Source: Heptranchias perlo
Lineage: Eukaryota
Reading direction: 5' to 3'
NCBI RefSeq assembly: GCF_035084215.1
Contig: NC_090350.1
Coordinates: 11,842,001-11,906,000, forward strand
Length of the DNA: 64,000 nucleotides
Under the pieces are notes generated by a model. That model made no database searches. It had not been told where the DNA came from and saw only the letters and a program-made list of their open reading frames with translations. Shown here in pieces: positions 11,811 to 22,455 of this stretch. Position 1 is the first letter of the stretch, and each line of letters begins with the position of its first letter. The translations under genes were made by a program, and so were the position numbers.

Positions 11811-12479
11811 TCACCGCTTTCTTTTTCCTTTCCCTCGAGGTTTGGGCTGCTTGGGGCCTAGGGGTGATGTAGGAGGAGGCGTCCAGGGCACCCTAGGCCG
11901 AGGTATCCGACTACTCCTTCTCACCGCCCCTCCCCCTGAGTTATCCTCATCATCCCACAACATGGGAGGAAGGCTTGCACTGATCAAACTCATGATCGTT
12001 CCCTGGGCTTTAGTTTGTTTTGTTCTCCTCTCTTTATAGAGCTTACACTGGTTAATATGGGACCATTTTACCCGTTTCGGCAGTTGTACCGCATATACCA
12101 CGGGACTTGCCTTATCCACAATACGGTACGGCCCTTTATACAATGGTTCGAATGCTTCTATTCTCTCGTAATTTCTAATCATGATTTGGTCCCCTACTTT
12201 CCATTCCTGCGCTTTCAGTGGTTCCAACAGCATTTTATTCTTTTGGTTCTGTTTTCCCATGTTATTAACTGCCTCCCAGTGCAGCTTCCTTAAAGTATCA
12301 TGCAGATCCCTCACAAGCCTGTCTCCGGTGACCTCCTTAGTCTGCGTTTCTGAGAGGATCGGCACCAGCTCAAGTCGGGTCCTCATTGACCTCCCTGTCA
12401 TCAACTCATGTGGGGAATGTCCCGTACTTTTAGAGAGACTGGCCCTGATGTTCATTAGGACTAGGGGCAGGACCTCATC
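11811..12479 (-). pseudogene. Integrase C-terminal half (GPY/F module plus basic tail)
   Basis: DEVLPLVLMNIRAS...TGHSPHELMTGR...KVGDQIMIR...PLYKGPYRIV...WSHINQCK. Confidence 0.88.
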
Positions 12480-13157
12480 CTACTTCACCAAGGAGTTTAT
12501 CGCAGTTCGCAAATCCTTTTCTGCTTCTCGGGGAAAATTATACTGTTTCTGAGGCCGTGACATTGGATCCCCATCTACCCTCACCTCTACCCCTGTCACC
12601 CTTCCACAATCATGACCGTGAGTAGCGAACACGGTGTGGTTATGCCGTACATTCGTTCGATACCTCGCCGGGATGCTATCGACCAATTGTTCCAGGTCAT
12701 AGCTCCCCTTCGGTTTCATCGTGTAGGCACTGCCTTTAACCTTTTCATCTTTGGGAATGACTAAAATCTCCCCTGGCTTGTCCGAATTAGCTGCCCCCCC
12801 ATAGGCAATTATTTTTCATATCTACAATCACGTGATGGGCCAACATGTAATCGGCTCCAAGAAGTCCCGAGCTGGGTTCTTCCCATTTCATAAGCACACA
12901 TTCCCATTTGGTGACAACAGGTCCTACTTCTATAGTCAAGGGTATCAATACCGCCCCAGCCTGTTCATTACCTGTAAAACCTGTCAATTTAAACAGGACC
13001 CCGCTCGACCAAGGAGAAGTGGTGGGGTTGGGAGAGTGAACCACCATGCTCAACTAGATAACTTCCCCAAGTGGTCCCTACTTTAATATTGACACACGGT
13101 CTGCCCTACTCATCATAGGTCAGTGGGCACAGATATTCTGGCTGTGCACGGCTTAGT
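12480..13157 (-). pseudogene. Retroviral protease and RT N-terminus
   Basis: GRPCVNIKVG...YLV[catalytic DTG missing]SMVVHS...LTGFTG...GLLGADYM (retropepsin). FATHGHDCG...RPQKQYNFPREA...INSLVK (RT start). Confidence 0.82.
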
Positions 13158-13713
13158 CATTGTGGGAGTATAGATTCACCAGATCCCTCCTTACTTACTG
13201 CAGTATCCAGTTTTCGTTGATCCCTACACATAACCTGCTGTAATGTGGCCACTAAGAGTTTTACTGGATCTTCTGCCTTCTCTTGCTTTGTCTCTACCAC
13301 CCATGGTTTTGACCCTCCAAGACCCTCGTATCCTGGTTTCCCTCCTTTCGGGAACCTACACTCCTTATTCCCATTTTCCCACAGTTAAAACACGCTTGGG
13401 ATCTGCCTGCATTACCCCCCTCTTGTCTCCATTCCTTTTTACCTCCCACATTCCCTCTGACTTCGTGCACCTTCCCTTTTTGTTTATTCTCTTCCCCTTT
13501 GATTTAAAAGCCAAAGTAAGCTTTCTTAGCCCGCCCGCCTCTGTATTATCATCTTCCTCAGGGTCAAACCATGACTCGGCTACTGCCCTGATCCACGGCA
13601 AACTGTTGGACACTACAGTCCTCAGCCAATGATTCCTAGAAGCTCCTAATAACTGCCAACATACTAGATTTCCTCCAGTCGCTGTCACGTATACCGGCCA
13701 CAATCTATCCGCA
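13158..13713 (-). pseudogene. gag C-terminal part (capsid CTD, damaged CCHC knuckle)
   Basis: ADRLWPVY... then CFNCGKMG[His lost with a frameshift]NKEC. The frame after the knuckle stays open to ...ESILPQ-TGA. Confidence 0.78.
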
Positions 13714-14519
13714 GCATGGATACGAAATTGGCTAAGTGACAGGAATCACAGAGTAGTGGTGAACGGTTATTCTTCGGACTGGAGGGAGGTGTACAGTGGT
13801 GTTCCCCAGGGGTCGGTGCTGGGACCACTGCTTTTCTTGATATATATTAATGACTTGGACTTGGAAGTACAGGGCACAATTTCAAAATTTGCAGATGACT
13901 CAAAACTTGGGAGGGTAGTGAACAATGAGGAGGCTAGTGATAGAATTCAAGAGGATATAGACAGGCTGGTGACATGGGCGCACACGTGGCAGGTGAAATT
14001 TAACGCAGAAAAATGCGAAGTGATGAATTTCAGAAGGAAAAATGGGGAGAGGCAATATAAACTAAAGGACACAATTCTAAAAGGGGTAAAGGAACAGAGA
14101 GATCTGGGGGTATATGTACACAAATCATTGAAAGTGGCAGGGCAGGTTGAGAAAGTGTTAAAAAAGCATACGGGATTCTGGGCTTTATAAATAGAGGCTC
14201 AGAGTACAGAAGTAAGGAAGTCACGATGAACCTTTATAAAACACTGGTTCGGCCACAACTGAAGAATTGTGTCCAGTTCTGGGCACCATACTTTATTAAA
14301 GATGTGAAGGCCGTAGAGAGAGTGCAGAAGAGATTTACTAGAATGATTCCAGGGACGAGGGACTTTAGTTACATGGAGACTGGAGAAGCTGGGGTTGTTC
14401 TCCTTGGAACAAAGAAGGTTGCGAGGTGATTTGATAGAGGTATTCAAAATCATGAAGGGCTAGACAGAGTAGATAGAGAGAAACTGTTCCCATTAGCGGA
14501 AAGATCAAGAATCAGAGGC
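13711..14519 (+). mobile_element. CR1 LINE, 3' part of ORF2 RT (continuation of the element at 4400-6663)
   Basis: AAWIRNWLSDR...SGVPQGSVLGPLLFLIYINDL...KFADDSKL...LYKTLVRPQL. Confidence 0.92.
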
Positions 14520-17500
14520 AGGCAGGCACATCTCGGCACTTAGCTCAAGATGCAGCACCTGGTGAATTTTTGAGGCCTTGTCTTTATCAAACCTCAAAGT
14601 TTCAGCTACTTTTTTGCCTTTAACATAGCAAGATATCCCATGGCATTTCACAAATTAAGAGTTGGACCTGACCAGGAGTAGGGGAATGAGTTTGGAATGA
14701 GTAAGGAGAGATAGCGGAAGGCCTAGTTGAAGAGAGAGGTGTTATGTAGCAAGGCCAGAAGGGCTGAGACATTATTTCCAGAGTATGGGGTGCAACCACT
14801 GCACTGATGGTAAAGCAGATCTGTATCCTACCAATCTGTGACACTCAAGACCACAATAACTCGAGACAGACAGTGCAACACATTTCCATGTATGAAGAGG
14901 AAGAAACTTTCTTGTCTGATCTAACAAAGCTACATTTTCTACTGTAATTTGTAATCTTCTGTAAAATGACCTTTTGGAAATTGATTGTCTTAATGATTAC
15001 ATTACTCCATGAATACAGTGTGATTATTCTACATTCAAGACAAAGAGCTTAATCGGAGCCCATTGTTTCTTGATTACATTTGGGACTCTTGACTGTTAGC
15101 ACATTATCATTAATCACCGTAGAAACAATGAAGTTATACAATAGCTCTTGATACAGTTTCCTGCTCTGAACAGTATCTGGGTTGAAATCTAAAGCACTCT
15201 GATACCTTCTTCAGTTTTACAAGAAAATATCAGATTTGAATTTAATGCAAACCCGCCCCCTTCTCGGCTGAGACCTGATAGACCTTGAGAGTTTAGCTCA
15301 TTGTAGGGCATTAAACAGACACATTCCACGCCTTTATTCCGCATAACTAACAATATGGCCATTCCAGTTTGCCCATTGTGTGAATTAATGGAACCTAAAA
15401 TTTAATTTATATTTTAAAATTAGTCAGGCCTATGTTCCAGTGCTTTCCTCCTGGGCAGCACTTATTCTCCTGGCGCAAAGCACAGGAAAAGGGGGCAGGG
15501 ACTCCATCTCCCTCCCCTTTACGTTACTGCGAGATTTCCAGGCCTTTCTCGATTGGGAAGGATGGAGTGCCTACAACAGGTTCAAGCTCACGTTCTCCAC
15601 AGTAATGAGGTGGGAGTTGGGCTTCCCAGCCCTTGCACCTCATTTTCCTCCCGGAACACCAGATGGGTGGCCGTTTTGAGGGGTGACTGAACAAGTGGGC
15701 CTTTGGCCCTGTGCGCATGCATTCTTTGATCAGAAGATTGCCTAGGGGCATATAGCAAAGACAACAGACCCAAGGTCAGTCTCTTTTTTTCTTCCCAGGA
15801 CAGGAACAGCATGGGAGGCTTCTCTCACACTTTGAGGTACTAAGCCCTTCCAGGGTTGGGTCTGCATTGGGGGAGTGTTTGCCTTATGTAAGTGACCTGA
15901 ATCCAGAAACAGAAGTGGGTTCACGCCACATCTGGACGAGTATTCTCCACCTGCCCAGTGTCCAGGTGCAGAGGGGACAGGAAATGGCCCCCAATATTTC
16001 CAGCCAGCCGCAGTGCAACTACCAAGGGAAAAATTGCTATGTGAGAGTGTGATCGTTGGTGGGGGAGGGAGCGCTGCGAATGAGCCCAAAACCACTCCGG
16101 ATACCTCTGTGAACCTGTATTAAATGACTGACAGTATTGGGGAGTGGAAGTTTTCATACCGTATTTCTCCATATTTCTTAGTTCTGTATAAGTTTGGGTA
16201 TATATAAGCAACAAATTGTGCAAACAACCCATCCTCACAAATATTTTTATCGGTTCAGTTACTCTACCACTTTTCCATCAACGTGAAGTGATGGAAAAGG
16301 AACCTGGTTCTGATCTGTCTCCGAAGCACTGCGTGGTAAGATCCTTTCAGAGATGCTGCCTTGCACACCTTGTGCTTGATGTGGAATATAACTACAGTGT
16401 TGGTGTCACACAAGCTTTAAAAAGTGCTCATGGTGCCTGTTGGACTTCCTGGACACTTTAGAAACCACTGCATTCCTTTTAGTGCTGTGTGTGGCAACTC
16501 CCACTTACGTTCTCAAAACATTTACAGTGTGCCAGCTGGGATTGTGACCAAGCTTATGCAGAGCTGTTGCACGATGATGGGAATGTCAATTTGCAGCTAC
16601 GTGCAGTCTGCAGTATAAGTCAGGTGCTACTGGATGCAAACTGGTCTCTGCCTCTACCAGTCTCGGACCAGTAGACTATACCAACGCCTTATAAACTGCA
16701 CATGTACAGACGACAACCAGGCCTTTGCTCCAGGCTTTTTTGAGTTCACTCAATGCTTGGGAAGATTAACTGCAACACATTTCACGTTATATTGTGCTTT
16801 CAGGGACTGGTATAGTGAGCATGTAGTCCATCTGAAAATCTGCAAAGGTCAGTCAATATCAATATGATTAGAGATAGTACAATTTAAGGCATATGAATCC
16901 TGGAGACCTGTAAAGTTTCATTCCTTTATAATTTAGTTGTATGGTTTTAACCTGGCGGTGTTATCTGTTGTACCTGTTTGAAATCAGTTTCAAACAATTA
17001 TGATGTTTCTTTTATAATATTTGCTAACAGTGAGGAATGTTAGTGTTGGGGTTCGGACATTTTCTTTACCTAGGACCTGCATCAAGAACTCGCATGTCAG
17101 AGTACTACTGCTATAATGTGTGTGACATTTCCTTTTCTTAATGGCCTGTCTGATTTGTCAATTATCGCCGAGGTAGGCACACTTTCGTGCTGTGGATTCA
17201 GACCAACTAGGAACTAATTTAGAGCTGCCCCAAACTTATTTGAACTTATTCTCCTTAAAGTCGATCATAACTCTTGGTATTTTTTTAAAATGGGGAATAA
17301 TTCACTTTTAGTTTTCCTCATCCAGTTTGTTTTTGTGATTGATTTGTGCTGCACTGTCAGAGCTTATTTCCTGAAAGTGTTTATTCTTTCCATTGGTATT
17401 CAAAAAAAAATCCTCCCAAACTTAGTTCACATGGTTTCAGTTTCACACATTTCATTTTCATGTGAGAAGGGAAATCCTGAGGACGTTAAAGACTATTGAC

Positions 17501-18352
17501 TCAATTGAAAGACTCAGTAGCCGAGCAACCAACAGGAAGCGTTCTTCTATGGACTGGTGTGGCTGTTGCCATTTATTTTTTAAAGAAAGTATCTTTTGGA
17601 TATACTGCAACCCTGGAACTGTAATCCAGATTTAACTTTGAAATTCAGCCCTCTCCTGGGATTAGCTTGCAGAATCTCGCCAAAGAAGGAACTCGTCAGT
17701 ATGCTGACACATTATGACCGTTTGATAGATTAGTCCACATTTTTTTTTAAAATTAGGAATGGTGATATCAGGAACAGTCCAATATAAACTATTCTGCTTT
17801 TAACTTCTGTCTCTCAACGCTCCCAAGTGAAAATGCCCTGACTACTTTGAACCGAGGAAATCCCTTTGCCTAGGCAAAAGAAATTGACTTGGTATAGGTT
17901 CATGGGATTGGGGATAACATATTAACATGGATTGAGGATTGGAAAACAGACAGAAAACAGTGAATAGGAATAAACAGGTCATTTTCGGGTTGGCAGGTTG
18001 TAACAAGTGGGGTGCTGCAAGGATCAGTGCTTGGGCCTCAACTGTTTACAATCTATATCAATGACTTAGATGAGAGGACCGAGTTTAATGTATCCAAGTT
18101 TGCTGACTATACAAAGCTAGGTGAAAAAGTAAGCTGTGAGTGTTAATTGTATCCATGTGATTTATATCAATTAGTGTTAATTGTATTCAGGTGGTGTGGG
18201 TCAATTGGGAACTCTTGTATCCATTTATGAGAGAGCTGATCTAGGGTGTGGGCTGTGTGTTGTGTTGAGCTCTGTGAATAAAGGATTGGAAGCAACTGAA
18301 GACGAGGCTCTAGTATTCTATCCTTCGCCACCGGGCTATCCAGTTTATTACA

Positions 18353-18370
18353 TGTTAGCAGAGGATGGTT
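18353..18370 (+). promoter_or_regulatory. Primer binding site complementary to initiator tRNA-Met
   Basis: tgttagcagaggatggtt matches TGGTAGCAGAGGATGGTT (complement of the vertebrate tRNA-iMet 3' end) at 17/18, directly after the 5' LTR. Confidence 0.85.
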
Positions 18371-20577
18371 GCCTAAAGGTGGAGGTTGGAAACTACGATT
18401 TTCTTTTGGACTTGAAACAAAACTTGAAAGCCTGGTGGCCATTGTGGAAAATGGCAGAAAGTAAGTTTAAATTGTTGAGATACGGTTTCCCTCCGATGTT
18501 CTCGGAGTTTGAACCGTATGACCAGTGGAAGAATGAGGTTAATATGTAGACACGGGTTACATCTCTGCCAAAGAAAAGGGGTTGTCGCTTCCTGAACGAA
18601 GTAAAATCAGAAGTAAGGTATTTTCTAAGATGGATGCAGATCTTTTGGATAATGTTGAAGGTTTTACCTTTCTAATAGGATTTTTGCATCAAATCTACAA
18701 GAAAGATTACCTGTTAAATGTCTATGAGGCCTGGTCAGCATTTGATAAATTTTGGAAAACAGACGGTCATTCAATGGAAAAGTATATCATGGACTTTAAC
18801 AAATTGTACAAAAGGTTGACAAAGTTCCAATTGGGAATCCCTGGATCGATACTAGCGTTTAAATTACTAGATTGTGCTAAGGTGTCTGATATGGACAGGC
18901 AACTGGTTCTAACTGGCGTCCAGTTCTCAGAAAAGGATACTTTTTTGGATCAAATGTCTGCTGCCTTAAAGAATCCTGGGGAAACAGTCATTCCCTTCAG
19001 CTTTCATGGAACAAATGGGGCCTTCCGCTGCGACGCAAAGAATGGAAGATCGATGGTTACCAGGTTTCAAAATGTTCCAGATACTAAAGGCAGGCGCCAG
19101 TCCAGGTTTCAAAATTTTCAAGAGACCAGACATAGGTATCGATATGACAGCCAGATTGATGATGAAAGCGGGTACTGCAAGTCCAGTTTTAGCACCAGAA
19201 GACAAAATTGGGACAGCAATAATGGGCAAGTGAATCCCAGGGATAACCAAGGCAAAATCAGTGGATGCTTTAGATGTGACTAAGTATCATTATGAGGTGA
19301 ATTGTCCAGAGTGAAGACGCAGAGTCTTTGAAATGACACATGAAGAAAGTAGTTCTGAGGAAGAGGATAAAGATAATGAGGAACAGGATGAAGATAATGA
19401 TAACTATGAACAGATTATACCAGTCATAAGGAGTTTTAATCCTGTGATGAATGTATTAGTTGCGGATTCCTTTAATTGTGCGGCATTAGTGCATGTACTA
19501 CAACTGTATGCGGGGTACATTGGTTAAAACGTTATCTTGATTCACTAAGTTATGAGGATCGACACAAGGTTAAGGAATATAAAAAATCTACATGTTTTAG
19601 GTTTGGAGATGACGACACCTTGAGGTTACTCAAGAGAGTGGTAATTCCATGTAAGATAACTGGAGTAAGCCTTTTTATAAGTACAGATGTAGTCTCCAGT
19701 GAGATACCTATGCTTTTGTGTAAAGTTTCCATGAAAATGACAAAAATGAAACTTGACATGGAACATGATGAGGCAATCATTATTGGGAAATCGTTTGATT
19801 TGCAGTTTACCCAGTCAGGGCATTATTGTATCCCCTTAATAAAACCTGATGTTTCTCATCAGTGTATTGGGCAAGTATTAATGGGATCAGGCGCTAAGGA
19901 TAAGAGAGGGAAAAAAACAAATTGTCTTAAAGTTACATAGACAATTTGCCCACCCAACTTGTCCACTTTTAAAGATCCTGCTAAAAGATACAGGTGTAGT
20001 TGACGAGGAATATACGAGGTTCATAGAAGAGATTAGTGAGAACTGAAATCAGTAAGATGTATAGATGGATGCCCCCACGTCCTATTGTAAGTGTTCCATT
20101 AGCATGTGACTTTAACGAGGATTTTGCCATGGATCTAAAGGTATGGTACAAAGACAGAAATGTTTTCAAATTACATTTTAATGATATGGCTATGAGATTT
20201 AGTATTTCTACACTAATATATAGTAAGGAAAGGAAGGTTATTCTAGATAAAATTATGGAAAAATGGATAGGGACTGGACTTGACACCAGCAAGTTTTTGA
20301 CCGATTAATGGAAGTGAATTCGCTAATGTGGAGTTCAGAGATATGTGTGAGAATATGAATATAATTGTCATGAATTCAGCAACTGAGAGCCCTTTTAGCA
20401 ATGGTCTTTGCGAAAGGAATCATCAAGGATGAGGTATCATAAAATTCGTAGAGCACTGAGGCATCGTATTAGACCATATGAGACAGAGTTCAATTCAGGA
20501 GATTTGGTATACTATAAAAGAGAGGGTCATGGGGAATGGAAAGGCCCTGGTAAGGTAATAGGTCGTGATGGTAAGAC

Positions 20578-20708
20578 AGTACCATAAGACCATAAGAGAT
20601 AGGAGCAGGAGTAGGCCATTTAATGAGATCATGGCTGATCTGATTTTTACCTCAACTCCACTTTCCCGCCCTTTCCCCATATCCTTTGACTCCCTCGCTG
20701 ATCAAAAA
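20578..20708 (-). mobile_element. CR1 3'-tail fragment inside the copia element
   Basis: cataagaccataagagataggagcaggagtaggccatt is the reverse complement of the CR1 3' end seen at ~21835-21880. Confidence 0.75.
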
Positions 20709-20999
20709 TTCAAAAATCAAAAATGGCTGCCGCCACAGTGGTACGTGTCCAACATGGCACTCAAACTGTTAAGGTTCATTCCTCGCGATTAATTGGAATT
20801 AATTATAAAATCTCGGACTCTGAGCTGTTGATAGAAGTAAATGAGGCATCTTGTGCCTCAGATGTTAATGATTTTTTTGATGAGGTTCCTGAGCTACAGG
20901 CTGAGGCAGATCAGGGGCTGGACAGTGGTAATGTCAGTGATCAAGAAACACATGACAGAGCTATCACATCCAGAGAGCAATTGCCCAAAGTTTTTATTT

Positions 21000-21018
21000 A
21001 AAGGGAGAGAAGGGAATC
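21000..21018 (+). promoter_or_regulatory. Polypurine tract of the copia element
   Basis: aaagggagagaagggaatc immediately before the 3' LTR. Confidence 0.8.
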
Positions 21019-22089
21019 TGCCAATGGTATCCATGTGATTTATATCAATTATGTTAATTGTATTCAGCTGCTGTGTATCGATTGGGAACTCGCTTGTATA
21101 CATTTATAAGAGAGCTGATCTAGGGTGTGGGCTGTGTGTTGTGTGGAGCTCCATGAATAAAGGATTGGAAGCAACTGAAGACTAGGCTCTAGTAGTCTTT
21201 CCTTCACCACCGGCTATCCAATTTATTACAGTGAGAAGGACACAAAGAGGCTGCAAAGGGATATAGACAGGTTAAGTGAGTGGGCAAGAAGGTGGCTGCA
21301 ACTATTTAGGGCTCTAGTGCGACCTCACCTGGAGTACTGTATACAGTTTTGGTCTCCTTACCTAAGGGAGGATGTGCTTGCCTTAGAGGGGGTGCAATGA
21401 AGGTTCACTAGATTGAATCGTGGGATGAGAGAGTTGTCCTATGAAGAGAGATTGAGTAGAATGGGCCTAAACTCTCTGGAGTTTAGAAGAATGAGAGGTG
21501 ATCTCATTGAAACATATAACGTTCTTAGAGGGCTTGACAGGGTAGATGCTGAGAGGCTGTTTCCCCTGGCTGGAGAGTCTAGAACTAGGGGTCATAGTCT
21601 CAGGATAAGGAGTTGGCCATTTAGGACCCAGATGAGGAAAAATTTCTTCACTTAGAGGGTTGTGAATCTTCGGAATTCTCTACCCCAGAGGGCCATGTTG
21701 AGTATATTCAAGATTGAGATCGATGGATATTGGACACTAAGGGAATCAAGGGATATGAGGATAGGGTGGGAAAGTGGAGTTGAGGTAGAAGATCAGCCGG
21801 GACCTTATTGAATGGCGAAGCAGACTCAAAGGGCCGTATGGCCTATTCCTGCTCCTGTTTCTTATGTTCTTATGTTGTTATGTTATGGCCTTAGTAAACT
21901 AAGGAATGACAGGTAAGCATATAAGAATTTATAGGAATATAAAAGAGGCTATTTGGCCCAACAAGCCTGTCCCTTTTTGATTGATGTCAGCCCCACCTAC
22001 CGGCCTCTCACTGTAGTTAGTTAATAAGAATAAATGTAAGGTAACACACAGGAATAGGAAATGTGAAACATATGCACAATGAAAGTAAG

Positions 22090-22455
22090 GTGTCGGCCTT
22101 GGCTCAGTGTTAGCACTCTCCTGAGTCAGAAAGATGTGGGTTTAATCCCAACTCAGCAGACTTGAACACATGATCTGGGGTGATACTTCAGTGCTGCACT
22201 GTTGGATGTGCCACCTTTCAGCTAAAATGTTAAACTGAAGAAGAGCAATGCCGTTCTACCAGTGTCCTGGCCAACATTTATCCCTCAACCAACACCATCA
22301 TAAACAGGTTGTCTGGTCACTTATTGCATTGATGTTTGTGGAACTTCGCTGTTTACAAACTGGATGCCTTATTTCCCTACACTACAAAAAAAGCACTTAA
22401 TTAGCTTTGGGATGTCCTGAGGATGTTAAAGGCGCTAAATAAATGTAAATTCTTT
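22090..22455 (+). mobile_element. tRNA-derived SINE (DeuSINE/SacSINE1-like, L2-type tail)
   Basis: A-box-like tggctcagtg, cagtgctgcactgttgga core, gtcctggccaacatttatccctcaacc, tail aaaggcgcta.ataaatg. Confidence 0.65.

Larger units (their letters stand above)
6664..13713 (-). mobile_element. Defective endogenous retrovirus (gag-pro-pol-env-3'LTR), lokiretrovirus/spuma-like; 5'LTR, PBS and most of gag lost; most of RT, RNase H and the IN core deleted
   Basis: Ordered minus-strand remnants: capsid, CCHC knuckle, protease, RT N-terminus, integrase C-terminus with GPY motif, env with TM helix, PPT, and an LTR bounded by TG...CA. Confidence 0.88.
18141..21230 (+). mobile_element. Ty1/copia LTR retrotransposon, GalEa-like; internally deleted (no RT/RNase H) and decayed
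   Basis: LTRs 18141-18352 and 21019-21230 (TG...CA); 5-bp TSD GTGAG (18136-18140, 21231-21235). Gag PYDQWKNEV...CFRCD-KYHYEVNC; protease region NCAAL..ACTTTVCG; integrase HRQFAHP, DFNEDFAMDLK, FLTD.NGSEFAN, ESPFSNGLCERNH. Integrase follows protease directly. Confidence 0.88.
17889..21880 (+). mobile_element. CR1 RT fragment with 3' tail, split by the copia element
   Basis: SGVLQGSVLGPQLFTIYINDLD...KFADYTKLG (17990-18140) resumes at 21231 ([14 protein letters not shown]) and ends in a (ttcttatg)n tail. Confidence 0.88.
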
